Assembly: GCA_964503265.1 (NCBI GenBank)
Contig: CAZCYO010000001.1
Span: forward strand, 226,064-290,063
Source: an uncultured Gammaproteobacteria bacterium
GTDB taxonomy: Bacteria; Patescibacteriota; Microgenomatia; Levybacterales; UBA12049
Direction: 5' to 3'
DNA length: 64,000 nt
Part shown: positions 30,274 to 40,462 of the stretch, in pieces
Layout of the letters: each line of letters begins with the position of its first letter
How positions within the stretch are numbered: position 1 is the first letter of the stretch
Position numbers and translations under genes: made by a program
Notes under the pieces: generated by a model
Seen by the model: the letters and a program-made list of their open reading frames with translations, nothing else
Databases searched by the model: none
What the model was told of the DNA's origin: nothing

Positions 30274-33200
30274 TTAATTAAGGGTTTTTCGAGGGTTGAT
30301 GATTCGCTCTGCTAAGATGACTTGTTTGTCATCTTTCGTGTTTAATTTCCCGTCAATCACGACGACATTATCCTGAACGAGGACGTCTTTAAAGAGTTCA
30401 TATACTTTCGGGAAAACGACGACCTCAACGGTAATACCTTTTTCGTTCGCAATCGTGATAAACGCCATTTCAGCATTATTTTTCTTTGTAAAGATTTTTT
30501 TCGCAGATTCGATGATGCCACCTATTTTAACGATCATTCCTTCTTCTTCACCTTCAAGCAGTTCAATTTCATGCGTGATCACTTCTTTAATTTGAAGGAG
30601 CGTATCCTGGTAGGGGTGGGCTGTTAAGTAAAAGCCTAAGTATTCTTTCTCAAAATTAAGGCGCTCTTCGTTCGTAAATTCTTCGATGTCTTCAGCTGGA
30701 TTAAACGCAATCTCATTCGCGTCATCATCACCAAAAAGAGAAACTTGGCCTTCGGCAGCATCTTTTTTCGTTTTGTTACACATGTTTATAATCTCAGGCA
30801 TGTCCATAAGCATCTGTGCTCTTTTTCCAAATGCGTCCATCGCGCCTGCCTTAATCAGGCTTTCCATAGTCTTTTTATTTACAGTTCCCATATCGACACG
30901 TGAACAAAAGTCCGTAAGACTGATAAATGGTCGTATTTTTCTCGCAGCGAGAATTTTCTCGATCGCTGCTGTCCCGACGTTTTTGACAGCCGTAAATCCA
31001 AACCGCACATTTGTCTCGTCTTCGATGGAGAATTCATGAATAGATTTATTAATATCTGGTGGAAGGACCGGAACACCCAGGCGTTTACATTCAGCGACAG
31101 CCATAGCGATTTTTTCGTTTTTTGCAGGCCCTGTGGTGCCTCTAGACTCAGCGGTTAAGAGGGCTGCCATAAATTCGACAGGATAATGAGCTTTTAGATA
31201 CGCAGTTCGAAAAGCGATAGTGGCATAACATGATGCGTGAGCTTTATTAAATCCATATCCAGCAAATGGTGCGATAAGCTCAAACATGTCTTTGGCTTTT
31301 TTCTCACTTAAGCCTTTTTCAATCGCGCCAGAGATGAACTGTACCTCCTGTTTTTTCATCTCTGCTGGAATTTTCTTTCCCATAGCCTTACGGAATTTGT
31401 CCGCATCAAGCCAGGTATATCCTGCTATTTCAATCGCAGTGAGAAGTACATCATCTTGAAACGCGAGAATACCATATGAAGGTTTTAGAATCGTCTCAAG
31501 TCTTGGATCTGGATAGGTGATCGGCAGGCGACCATGTTTTCGAGCGATGAATTCAGGAATTGCAGCCATCGGACCTGGCCTGTAGAGTGCGACCATCGCC
31601 ATGAGATCGAAAATAGTGGTTGGACGAAGTTCTTTAATATATTTTCTCATGCCTGCAGACTCCAGCTGGAAAATACCTGTCGTTTCTCCTTGTGATAACA
31701 AACGGTAGGTAGGTGGATCATCGACGTCAACTTTCGTGAAATCTATGTCTATATTTTGATTTATTTTTACGAATTTCAGCGTTTCCTCGATAATAGTTAA
31801 ATTACGAAGACCTAAAAAGTCCATCTTGAGAAGTCCCACACCATCTTCACCGACAGTGTACATATCGTACTGAGTCACGACTTTATCTCCGTTCGTCTCT
31901 CGTTGAAGCGGAACGTACTCCGTGAGTGGTTTATCTGCGATCACGACTCCAGCTGCATGGATCGAAGCGTGTCTGGCGACACCTTCTAATTTTTGAGCGA
32001 TTTGAATGAGCTTTTGGGTTTCAGGTTCTGTATCGTATGCTCTTTTCAGGTCAGGGGACTGTTTCATGGCCTGCTCAAGTGACATTGAATGTCCCTGCCA
32101 TCCCGGTGGAATCATTTTCGAAATACGATCTGGTCCTGTGTATGGCATGCCAAGTGCACGCCCAGCATCTTTCACAGCCCCCTTTGCCTCCATCGTTCCA
32201 AAGGTAATAATTTGTGCGACTTTATCTTCACCGTATTTCTCAGTTACATATTTGATCACTTCCTCGCGACGAGTATCTGCAAAGTCGAGGTCGATATCTG
32301 GTGCAGAGGGACGCAGTGGATTTAAAAATCGTTCAAACGGAAGTTTAAAGTAAAATGGATCGACGTCAGTAATGCGAAGAATATATCCGACGACAGAGCC
32401 TGCAGCTGATCCTCTTCCAGGTCCCACAGCAATGCCATGATCCTTCGCCCAGTTCACGAAATCCTGTACAACGAGGAAATATGTTTCATATCCCTTCGTG
32501 ATAATAATCTCAAGCTCATACTTAACACGTTCCATAACTTCATCAGTGGCCTGAGGATATCGATTTGGCAACCATTCATAGACAAGTTCTTCCAAATATT
32601 CTTTCGCTGTTTTTCCATCTGGTACATCAAAAATAGGCATGATCCATTTACCAAGTGTTATCTCGACATTACATTTCTCAGCGATTTTGACTGAATTCTC
32701 AAGCGCTTCAGGTAAATCTGGGAATTCAGCTTCCATTTCCGCTGCACTTTTAATATAAAAATCAGGGGAGTTAACCATGGAGAGTTTACGGTTTTTATCA
32801 AGCATGGTCGACTGTGTTTGGATACAAAGGAGAATTTCATGAGCCTCGGCGTCTCCTTTACGGGTATAGTGGTTATCATTTGTGGCGACGAGCGGGATGC
32901 CGAGCTTTTTAGAGAGTGCGATCAGTTTTTCATTTGCTTTTTTTTGTGGGGGAACATCGATATGGCGCTGGATTTCGAGATAAAAATTATCTTGGCCAAA
33001 TATTTCATTTAATTTCTTCGCTCGTTTTTCTCCTTCTTCATCCTGGTCATTAACAAGTGGTTCAGTCACATAGCCATTGACACACGCTGAGAGACAAATG
33101 AGTCCTTGGCTATGCTTCTTAAGCAGTTCTAGATCGGTTCGAGGTTTATAATAGTAACCTTCAAGATAGGAAACAGAGACGATCTTCATGAGATTCTTAT

Positions 33201-33495
33201 ATCCTTCGTGATCTTTCGCAAGTAAAATCAAATGGTTATAATTTTTATCAATTCCAGCTTCTTTATCTTTCAGTGAACGGGAAGCGACATAGATCTCGCA
33301 TCCAATAATAGGTTTGATTTCTTGTTTTTTACATTCTTGGTAGAACTTAATGACACCATACATGCTGCCATGGTCAGTAATCGCTATCGAATCCATCTCA
33401 AGCTCTTTAGCCCGCGTCACCATATCCTTAACACGATTAAGGCCATCTAGGAGCGAAAACTCTGAGTGGTTATGGAGGTGAACAAATTTAGCCAT
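30274..33495 (-). CDS. dnaE: DNA polymerase III subunit alpha.
   Basis: N-terminal PHP domain FVHLHNHSEFSLLDG. 1073 aa. C-terminal OB-fold region. Confidence 0.95.
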   Translation of the reverse strand: MAKFVHLHNHSEFSLLDGLNRVKDMVTRAKELEMDSIAITDHGSMYGVIKFYQECKKQEIKPIIGCEIYVASRSLKDKEAGIDKNYNHLILLAKDHEGYKNLMKIVSVSYLEGYYYKPRTDLELLKKHSQGLICLSACVNGYVTEPLVNDQDEEGEKRAKKLNEIFGQDNFYLEIQRHIDVPPQKKANEKLIALSKKLGIPLVATNDNHYTRKGDAEAHEILLCIQTQSTMLDKNRKLSMVNSPDFYIKSAAEMEAEFPDLPEALENSVKIAEKCNVEITLGKWIMPIFDVPDGKTAKEYLEELVYEWLPNRYPQATDEVMERVKYELEIIITKGYETYFLVVQDFVNWAKDHGIAVGPGRGSAAGSVVGYILRITDVDPFYFKLPFERFLNPLRPSAPDIDLDFADTRREEVIKYVTEKYGEDKVAQIITFGTMEAKGAVKDAGRALGMPYTGPDRISKMIPPGWQGHSMSLEQAMKQSPDLKRAYDTEPETQKLIQIAQKLEGVARHASIHAAGVVIADKPLTEYVPLQRETNGDKVVTQYDMYTVGEDGVGLLKMDFLGLRNLTIIEETLKFVKINQNIDIDFTKVDVDDPPTYRLLSQGETTGIFQLESAGMRKYIKELRPTTIFDLMAMVALYRPGPMAAIPEFIARKHGRLPITYPDPRLETILKPSYGILAFQDDVLLTAIEIAGYTWLDADKFRKAMGKKIPAEMKKQEVQFISGAIEKGLSEKKAKDMFELIAPFAGYGFNKAHASCYATIAFRTAYLKAHYPVEFMAALLTAESRGTTGPAKNEKIAMAVAECKRLGVPVLPPDINKSIHEFSIEDETNVRFGFTAVKNVGTAAIEKILAARKIRPFISLTDFCSRVDMGTVNKKTMESLIKAGAMDAFGKRAQMLMDMPEIINMCNKTKKDAAEGQVSLFGDDDANEIAFNPAEDIEEFTNEERLNFEKEYLGFYLTAHPYQDTLLQIKEVITHEIELLEGEEEGMIVKIGGIIESAKKIFTKKNNAEMAFITIANEKGITVEVVVFPKVYELFKDVLVQDNVVVIDGKLNTKDDKQVILAERIINPRKTLN

Positions 33496-33500
33496 TATAA

Positions 33501-34487
33501 TTACGCAGCAAGAGCGAAATGTTCATCAATTCGTTGGAAAATAAAAGGTTGTTCTGGATCGTTTTCTGGGTTTTTTCTTATATATGTAGCATGATCTTTA
33601 CCATGATCTTTGGAGTACTTTGCTGCCACACTAGCTTTTTTAATGAGATCTTCGGCTGATTCACCTTCCCATATAGCAACTCCTAAGCTCATTGTTACCT
33701 CAGTAGGCCTATTTTCATCCGGTAATTCATCTTTCTTGCGATTTTCATCTAAAGGTAAGGTGGCGAGTAATGTTTTACTATTTCTATCTAATGTCTGTTG
33801 ATATCTCTGAGTTAAAGGAAAGAAGTCTGTAGGTTGGATTGGTTCTGTTAATAATTGTGCGAATTCATCTCCACCATATCGTGCGACTGTTTCTTTTTCC
33901 CGGTAAGGTAATGTATGCATTAATTCTAGTACTTTATTTCCGCCATCATAAGAATAGTAACTGTTATAGTCTTTGAAGCGATCAAGGTCTAAGAAAACAA
34001 TATGTACAGGCTGTTCGGTAATTTTTGCTTGTTCAATTTGCTTTTCAGTAGTCTCCAGTAGCCATTTTCTATTTAGAAATCCACCGTCTGCCGTATACGC
34101 TGCTTCTTGTGCCTGCATCGCCATTTCTTGAGCTTGATGGGCTGTAACTGTAGCAAACCCTGCTTGTAGTCTTTCAATCTCCGCTCTTCGATCAGCAAGT
34201 TCTTTTTCTGTTTGAGCAGCTTCCTTTGCTCTATTTGCTTCTTCTAAAGCTGCAACTAGTTCGTTAATTCGGACTCTCGATTCATTTTGACCTTGTCGAA
34301 GCTGACGTAAGGCCAATTCTTTTCCAACTTCTTCTAAACTTTTTACTGTTTCATCTTTTAGGGGATGTTGCGGTTCTGGGTCACTAACTCTTCGTCCTTG
34401 AGTTTCAGCGATTCGCTTATTTAAAGGACCTTTATTAGGGTCCGCAATAAAAGAAGGTGGTCTATTTTCTGAATTGCTATCTATCAT
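33501..34487 (-). CDS. GGDEF-domain diguanylate cyclase with an N-terminal coiled-coil region.
   Basis: FLDLDRFKDYN...ARYGGDEFAQLL (intact GGDEF active-site motif). Confidence 0.8.
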   Translation of the reverse strand: MIDSNSENRPPSFIADPNKGPLNKRIAETQGRRVSDPEPQHPLKDETVKSLEEVGKELALRQLRQGQNESRVRINELVAALEEANRAKEAAQTEKELADRRAEIERLQAGFATVTAHQAQEMAMQAQEAAYTADGGFLNRKWLLETTEKQIEQAKITEQPVHIVFLDLDRFKDYNSYYSYDGGNKVLELMHTLPYREKETVARYGGDEFAQLLTEPIQPTDFFPLTQRYQQTLDRNSKTLLATLPLDENRKKDELPDENRPTEVTMSLGVAIWEGESAEDLIKKASVAAKYSKDHGKDHATYIRKNPENDPEQPFIFQRIDEHFALAA

Positions 34488-35818
34488 TGTTTCAACAAGG
34501 CCTCAAGTCGTTCTTTTACTGTCTTTGCATCAGCACTACCACTGAGGGTTTTCATGACTTGGCCTACTAAATACATTATGACACTTTCTTTACCAGATTT
34601 ATAGTCTGTGACTGCTTTTTCATTCGCTTGGAGGACATCATTGAGAGCTTTCTTAAATGTATCTTCATCGACAGTTGGGCGAGCGTTATTTTTTTCGATG
34701 ATGTCGATAATTTCGATAGCGTCAGTAGTTGCGAGATCAATTTTTTTATTAATAATGATATTAGCGATTTGTTTGGGTGTTATCTCTTTCCTCCCAGCTT
34801 CAGCTACCACTAATTCGAAAGCGTCAGCTGTATCTTTCTCTCGTGTAAGGATTTCAGAATCGTACTCAGATAGTGAAAATAGCTTGATAAACCGGGCTTT
34901 TTTGATTTCCGGAAGCTCTGGCACTTGTAGTCTTAGAGTGCTAATCTGGTCTTCTGTGAATCTGAATGGGGGGATATCTGGTTCTGGAAAATAGCGATAA
35001 TCATTCGCTTCTTCTTTCACTCGTTGAGAAAAAGTGAGTGCACGCTTTTCGTCCCAGCCTCGAGTTTCTTGTAACGGATTTTTTCCAGTTTCAAGGATTT
35101 CTTCCTGACGAGTTAGCTCATAGTTTATTGCTTTCTCGACGAATTTAAAAGAGTTAATATTTTTTACCTCTACTTTATATTTTGGAAGACGATCGAGTGA
35201 TATCGGGAACTCTGAAAAGGGAATTGTACTGAGTGAAATATTTGGTTCAAGTCGCATATCACCTTTATCCATGTCGGCATTTGAAACCCCAAGGTATCTA
35301 ACTATTTGCTGAAGATTTTGTAAATATTCTTTTACTTCAAGTGCGTCATGAAAATCAGGTTCTGTCACAATCTCAACAAGGGGAACACTTGAACGGTTAA
35401 AATCAATCGAGCTTTCACCATCGACGTGAGATAACTTTCCCGTATCTTCTTCCATGTGAACCCGTGTGATTCCAATTTTTTTACCATTTTTGAGTATCAT
35501 ATGTCCGTTTTTTCCGAAAGGAAGGTCATATTGGCTGATTTGATAGCCTTTAGGCAGATCTGGGTAGAAATAATTCTTACGATCGAACTTAGAAAACATC
35601 GAGATCTCGCAGTTAAGGCTCATAGCGATGAGGATACACCAGTCGATTGCCTGTTTGTTCGTGACGGGAAGTGCACCAGGGAGACCAAGACAAACTGGGC
35701 ACGTATGCGTATTCGGTTCAGCTCCGAAATAGTCAGCAGAACAAGAACAGAACATTTTTGATTTCGTTTTGAGCTCAACATGAACCTCTAGACCAATAAT
35801 TGGGGTATATTTATTCAT
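34484..35818 (-). CDS. gatB: Asp/Glu-tRNA amidotransferase subunit B.
   Basis: IGLEVHVELKTKSKMFCSC...CPVCLGLPGALPV conserved N-terminus. Confidence 0.9.
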   Translation of the reverse strand: MNKYTPIIGLEVHVELKTKSKMFCSCSADYFGAEPNTHTCPVCLGLPGALPVTNKQAIDWCILIAMSLNCEISMFSKFDRKNYFYPDLPKGYQISQYDLPFGKNGHMILKNGKKIGITRVHMEEDTGKLSHVDGESSIDFNRSSVPLVEIVTEPDFHDALEVKEYLQNLQQIVRYLGVSNADMDKGDMRLEPNISLSTIPFSEFPISLDRLPKYKVEVKNINSFKFVEKAINYELTRQEEILETGKNPLQETRGWDEKRALTFSQRVKEEANDYRYFPEPDIPPFRFTEDQISTLRLQVPELPEIKKARFIKLFSLSEYDSEILTREKDTADAFELVVAEAGRKEITPKQIANIIINKKIDLATTDAIEIIDIIEKNNARPTVDEDTFKKALNDVLQANEKAVTDYKSGKESVIMYLVGQVMKTLSGSADAKTVKERLEALLKQ

Positions 35819-35894
35819 ATTTCATCCTTGTCATTGCGAGGACTGGAATGACGAATCAATCTTAAAAGATCGCCACGCTTTGCTCGCGATGACA

Positions 35895-37310
35895 TTATAG
35901 TTTTGGTGCCTCCTTCCACCATTGATGCTGTTCTTCGTATGCGTATCCTACTTGATAAAGCAAATCTTCTCTAAAATGAGGTGCGAATATCTGCATTCCA
36001 ATTGGGAGATTGGTTCCACTATCGAATCCCACAGGCACGGAAAGTCCAGGAATACCGGCTAAGTTACCAGTAACAGTGAAAATATCAGATAAGTACATTT
36101 TCAGTGGATCACTCATCTTCTCTCCTAATTTCCAAGGAAGAGTAGGGGACGATGGTGTAATAATGACATCCACTTTTTTGAATGCTTCTTCAAAGTCTTT
36201 AAGTATAAGCGTTCGCACTTTCATCGCCTTTTTATAGTACGCGTCGTAATATCCAGCTGAAAGGACGTAGGTTCCAAGCATTATACGGCGTTTAGCCTCA
36301 TCTCCAAATGTTTCCCTAGGATTCCCGAAGCGAATTCCATCAAATCTGGCGAGATTTGATGATACTTCAGCAGTCTGAACTATGTAGTAGACAGCAATTG
36401 CGTATTCTGTGTTTGGAAGAGATATGTCGACAATCTCAGCGCCCATAGATTCATATGCGTTAAGTGTCGTCTCCATCGCATCCGACACACTTTTATCCAT
36501 TCCAGAGGTGAAATATTCCTTCGGGCGACCAATCTTCATGCCTTTAACACCTTTTTTCATTCCAGACATATAATCTGGAACTTCTTTCTCAGGTGTTGTT
36601 CCGTCTTTTGGATCTTTTCCAGCAGTTATTGATAAGAAAAGCGCGTTATCTTCAACTGTTTTTGTAAAATGACCAATACTATCAAGTGACGAAGCCATAG
36701 AGATTACCCCATAGCGGCTAACACGACCATATGTGGGTTTAAGCCCCACAGTGTTCGTAAAGCTGGCTGGAAGGCGAATGGAGCCACCAGTATCAGTTCC
36801 TGTGGCAACAAGTGCCATAGAAGCCGCTACAGCGGCTGGAGAGCCACTGCTCGACCCACCAGGTATATAGTTTTTATTATATGGATTCTTGGTAGCCCCA
36901 AAATCTGAATTTTCACCACTTGAACCGTGAGCCCAGGCATCGCAGTTGGTTTTGCCGATAATGATGCCTCCAGCTTCTTTTATCTTAGTAACCACTGTTC
37001 CATCGTATTGTGGAATATAACCGCGAAGGACATTGGATGCTGCTGTTGTCTGGATGCCTTTGGTCATAAATATATCTTTTAGTGCTACCGGAATCCCAAG
37101 AAGAGGAGATGTATCACCAGCTGCTATTTTTTTATCCGCATCATATGCGCAAGCGAGCGCTTCTGTTTCAGATACAGTAATAAATGCATTGAGTGATTCG
37201 TTATGCTTTGTTATCTGTTCTAAACATGCTTTAGTGAGATCAGTTGAAGAAAACTCTTTTTCATAAAGTCCTTTTAAGGCTGATGTTATGGTGAGTGAGT
37301 GTATATTCAT
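35895..37310 (-). CDS. gatA: Glutamyl-tRNA(Gln) amidotransferase subunit A (amidase signature).
   Basis: GGSSSGSPAAVAA...GTDTGGSIRLPASF amidase signature. Confidence 0.9.
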   Translation of the reverse strand: MNIHSLTITSALKGLYEKEFSSTDLTKACLEQITKHNESLNAFITVSETEALACAYDADKKIAAGDTSPLLGIPVALKDIFMTKGIQTTAASNVLRGYIPQYDGTVVTKIKEAGGIIIGKTNCDAWAHGSSGENSDFGATKNPYNKNYIPGGSSSGSPAAVAASMALVATGTDTGGSIRLPASFTNTVGLKPTYGRVSRYGVISMASSLDSIGHFTKTVEDNALFLSITAGKDPKDGTTPEKEVPDYMSGMKKGVKGMKIGRPKEYFTSGMDKSVSDAMETTLNAYESMGAEIVDISLPNTEYAIAVYYIVQTAEVSSNLARFDGIRFGNPRETFGDEAKRRIMLGTYVLSAGYYDAYYKKAMKVRTLILKDFEEAFKKVDVIITPSSPTLPWKLGEKMSDPLKMYLSDIFTVTGNLAGIPGLSVPVGFDSGTNLPIGMQIFAPHFREDLLYQVGYAYEEQHQWWKEAPKL

Positions 37311-37312
37311 AT

Positions 37313-37936
37313 TTAGTTAGGTAATGGCCCACCAATTCCTTTCGTCTCTTTAACAGTAAATTCGACACCGTCTGATTCTAAAATAACATAAGCACCATTT
37401 GTAATTGAGCTATGATGATAGTCTTCATAGCGTAAGTTGCCAAGCTTAAGTAGAAGCGCTCTCATAATTCCTGCATGGGTTCCAACGAGTACGGTCTTAC
37501 CAGGGTGAGTGATAGCTGTTTCTCTAATAAATGTAATGAGTCTGGTTGAGATTTCTTCATCGCTTTCCATATCTTCAGTGAGTTTATAGGTAAACCGCTG
37601 TTCATTTGTTAATGTTTGGAGTAACGCATCATAGGCAGCAAATCCTTCTTTTGTTTTTCCTTCAAGTGGACCAAATTTGCGTTCTCTGAGTAATTCTGTG
37701 GTTATAACCTCGAGATTATGTTCAAGCGCGATAATTTCAGCAGTTCTTTTTGCACGGAGTAAATCTGATGAGAACGCAAGATCAAAACGTTCATGGCGAA
37801 GTTCTACAGCCAATTCTTTAGCTTGTGCTTCACCTTTTGCATTAAGGGGAATATCTGTTTGGCCTTGTGCCATATGTTTGGCATTCCAATCAGTCTCTCC
37901 GTGTCTAATGATATAAAATAATGTATTATTTTCCAT
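37313..37936 (-). CDS. Histidine phosphatase family protein (phosphoglycerate-mutase-like).
   Basis: FYIIRHGETDWN RHG motif. Sits between gatA and gatC. Confidence 0.75.
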   Translation of the reverse strand: MENNTLFYIIRHGETDWNAKHMAQGQTDIPLNAKGEAQAKELAVELRHERFDLAFSSDLLRAKRTAEIIALEHNLEVITTELLRERKFGPLEGKTKEGFAAYDALLQTLTNEQRFTYKLTEDMESDEEISTRLITFIRETAITHPGKTVLVGTHAGIMRALLLKLGNLRYEDYHHSSITNGAYVILESDGVEFTVKETKGIGGPLPN

Positions 37937-38219
37937 CTTCGTCTTTAAAAATACCTTTCACTTGAAACATTCCGTTTTTAGTCGCTTTTGCTGTTAAGAC
38001 TGCTTCTGCTTGTGAGAGGGAGGTGTCTGCGATATCTTCTCTAAGTACATTTTCAAGACCAGTGACCTGGCTTGTTTCTGTAATATCATCAGTATTTGCT
38101 TGATCTAATTTTTCGACATATTCAAGAACATCAGAAAGCTGTTTTTCGAACTTGGATATTTCGTCATCAGTTATAGTGAGGTTAGCGAGTTTTGCGATGT
38201 GAGGAACGTTGATTTTCAT
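37926..38219 (-). CDS. gatC: Glutamyl-tRNA(Gln) amidotransferase subunit C.
   Basis: 97 aa. Position upstream of gatA. Typical GatC length and composition. Confidence 0.75.
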   Translation of the reverse strand: MKINVPHIAKLANLTITDDEISKFEKQLSDVLEYVEKLDQANTDDITETSQVTGLENVLREDIADTSLSQAEAVLTAKATKNGMFQVKGIFKDEDGK

Positions 38220-38368
38220 GTTACATAGTCATTCCGGACTTGCGATTTTTCCTTTATTGAGGTTATTAACTCAAATCGCCCTTTAGGGCTCTGGAATTTA
38301 TTGTATGGCTGGATTCCTGCCTTCGCAGGAATGACAATAAAGGAGAATTCAAGCGTGAATTACAAGCA

Positions 38369-39130
38369 TTATACTCTAATTCCGAGCTTTCGTGCAATTG
38401 CTTTACGTGCTTGGTTTTCAAGTGAATCATCAAGTTGTGAGAGCGTTATTTCTTCTTTATATTTCTCCTCAAGTGCTTTCTTTATTAACCAATCAGCAAT
38501 TTGTGGGTTTTTAGGAAGAAGAGGTCCATGGAAATAGCAGCCAATGGCGTTTTTGTACAGCACACCTTCTGTTCCATCTTCACCATTATTTCCATTTCCT
38601 TTAATAACTTTTGCAAAAGGTTGTGCGCTTTTTCCGAGATATGTCCTGCCTCCATGGTTTTCAAATCCGATAATGAGTTTTTCACTAACACCTTCAAGTG
38701 TTACCTCGGCAGCGATATTTCCGATACACCGTTCTACATCTTTTCCTGGATGTTTCGATACCATATCGAAAATACCAAGTCCTTCTATTCGTGTTCCTTC
38801 AGCAGGTTCATAATACGTTCCCATAAGCTGTGGAGATCCGCATACGAATAGTGCAGGCTTTCCACCCTCAATAAGGCCACGAATAGTCGGACCTTTTTCG
38901 TGTAAATCTTCCATCACCATTTCTTGTTCTAAGTCCTGAGCACCACCGCCAAAAAGTATATCAATCGTACTAAGCTGGGTAAGTGAGGTTTCATTCGTTA
39001 TCGGCAAGATAATAACTTCTATATCTCTCCACTCGCAACGCTTCTGAAGAACAAGAATATTCCCACGGTCTCCATATGTACTCATAAGTTCTGGGTATAG
39101 CCAGCCAATAGTTAGTGTATATTTTGTCAT
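38369..39130 (-). CDS. gatD: Lipid II isoglutaminyl synthase, glutamine amidotransferase subunit (CobB/CobQ-like GATase).
   Basis: Class I GATase-like (CobB/CobQ-type) fold, about 250 aa, translationally coupled downstream of murT. Confidence 0.7.
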   Translation of the reverse strand: MTKYTLTIGWLYPELMSTYGDRGNILVLQKRCEWRDIEVIILPITNETSLTQLSTIDILFGGGAQDLEQEMVMEDLHEKGPTIRGLIEGGKPALFVCGSPQLMGTYYEPAEGTRIEGLGIFDMVSKHPGKDVERCIGNIAAEVTLEGVSEKLIIGFENHGGRTYLGKSAQPFAKVIKGNGNNGEDGTEGVLYKNAIGCYFHGPLLPKNPQIADWLIKKALEEKYKEEITLSQLDDSLENQARKAIARKLGIRV

Positions 39131-40410
39131 AATATTTTCTTTCCGGTTAACAGTTTTCGAACATCAAGCATGGCTGTGTAGGTTGGAAGTACATAAAGCG
39201 TTTCATCTGTTGGTGTTTTAGCTATACCAAGCTCAGTTGCTTTTATAAGATCTGCTTCGACTGAAAAATTGGTTGATTTTTCAGCGTATTTGAATCGAAG
39301 TGCCATATCAAAACATCTTGTTCCACTAATGGTAATAGTGCGCATTTCATCTACGTAGCTTTCTATCTCAGTATCCCAGATCCAAGAGATGTCTCTCCCG
39401 TCTGCTATTCCATCATTAAGTACGAGGAGTAAGTTTTTCCCCTGTAGTTCATGAATAGTTCTGAGTGACTGATTGAAGCTTGTTGGATTTTTTGAAAGAA
39501 AAATTTGAATCTTTCTCCCATCTTTACTTAGCAGTTCCTGTCTACCAAAAGCAGGAACGAATTCTTTACAGGCTGTGACAATTACTTTCTCATCGATCTC
39601 AAATAAGCGTGCTGTTAGTACTGCTGCATGGGTATTATACCGATTATAAATACCAGCAAGTGGATAGTGAGTAAATGATGAAATGTCGTGTGTGGGTCTA
39701 CTCAATTTGCATCGATTACACTGCCAGTCTCCCAAATGAGAATAGTAGATTTTCTTATATTCAAGCCTCGCATGACAACTAGGACAATGAACAGAATCAG
39801 CGGCATGATCACTTGTGACATCACTATCCTTAAGACCAAAATAACGAACAGTGGCCTTCATTTCTGTGCCTAGATGCGCGATCTCTGGGTCATCAGCGTT
39901 AAGAAGTAAATGAGTTTTGGAAGAAAGATGACTTAGTGCTTTTTGCCACCTCTGCGCAATTAAATGAACCTCACCATAGCGATCAAGTTGATCTCGAAAT
40001 AGGTTAAGAAGGATAAGCATATCCGGTGTAACTTCTTGTAAAAGATGGGGAAGTGCGTTCTCATCAGCTTCGAAGATTGCATAGTCATAAGGCAGTTGTC
40101 CTGTAGGCGTTGACGCAAGAAGGAGGGAAGATGCGATGCCGTTTAAAAGGTTAGCACCTGAGTCGTTTTGCAGCACGCGGTTTCCGTTTTTTACTAAGAT
40201 TGCTCGTAGTAACTTAGCGGTCGTAGTCTTACCATTTGTGCCTGCAATGATGATAACTTTAATCTGTGAAGAGGCAACGATTTGACGAATAAATTTTTTA
40301 TTCACTGTTAATGCGATATGCCCAGGCCAGGTTGATCCGTTTCCGAGGTTAAGACGTCTAAAAATTTTTGAGGTTACTTTCCCAAAAAGAATTAATGAAG
40401 AGTTTATCAT
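39127..40410 (-). CDS. murT: Lipid II isoglutaminyl synthase, Mur-ligase-like subunit.
   Basis: Mur ligase P-loop IIAGTNGKTTT plus four-Cys ribbon HCPSCH...CNRCK typical of MurT. Confidence 0.75.
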   Translation of the reverse strand: MINSSLILFGKVTSKIFRRLNLGNGSTWPGHIALTVNKKFIRQIVASSQIKVIIIAGTNGKTTTAKLLRAILVKNGNRVLQNDSGANLLNGIASSLLLASTPTGQLPYDYAIFEADENALPHLLQEVTPDMLILLNLFRDQLDRYGEVHLIAQRWQKALSHLSSKTHLLLNADDPEIAHLGTEMKATVRYFGLKDSDVTSDHAADSVHCPSCHARLEYKKIYYSHLGDWQCNRCKLSRPTHDISSFTHYPLAGIYNRYNTHAAVLTARLFEIDEKVIVTACKEFVPAFGRQELLSKDGRKIQIFLSKNPTSFNQSLRTIHELQGKNLLLVLNDGIADGRDISWIWDTEIESYVDEMRTITISGTRCFDMALRFKYAEKSTNFSVEADLIKATELGIAKTPTDETLYVLPTYTAMLDVRKLLTGKKIL

Positions 40411-40462
40411 TACATGTATTTTACGGTTATTGTTCGAGCTTGTCGAGAACTAGTGTGAGAGA

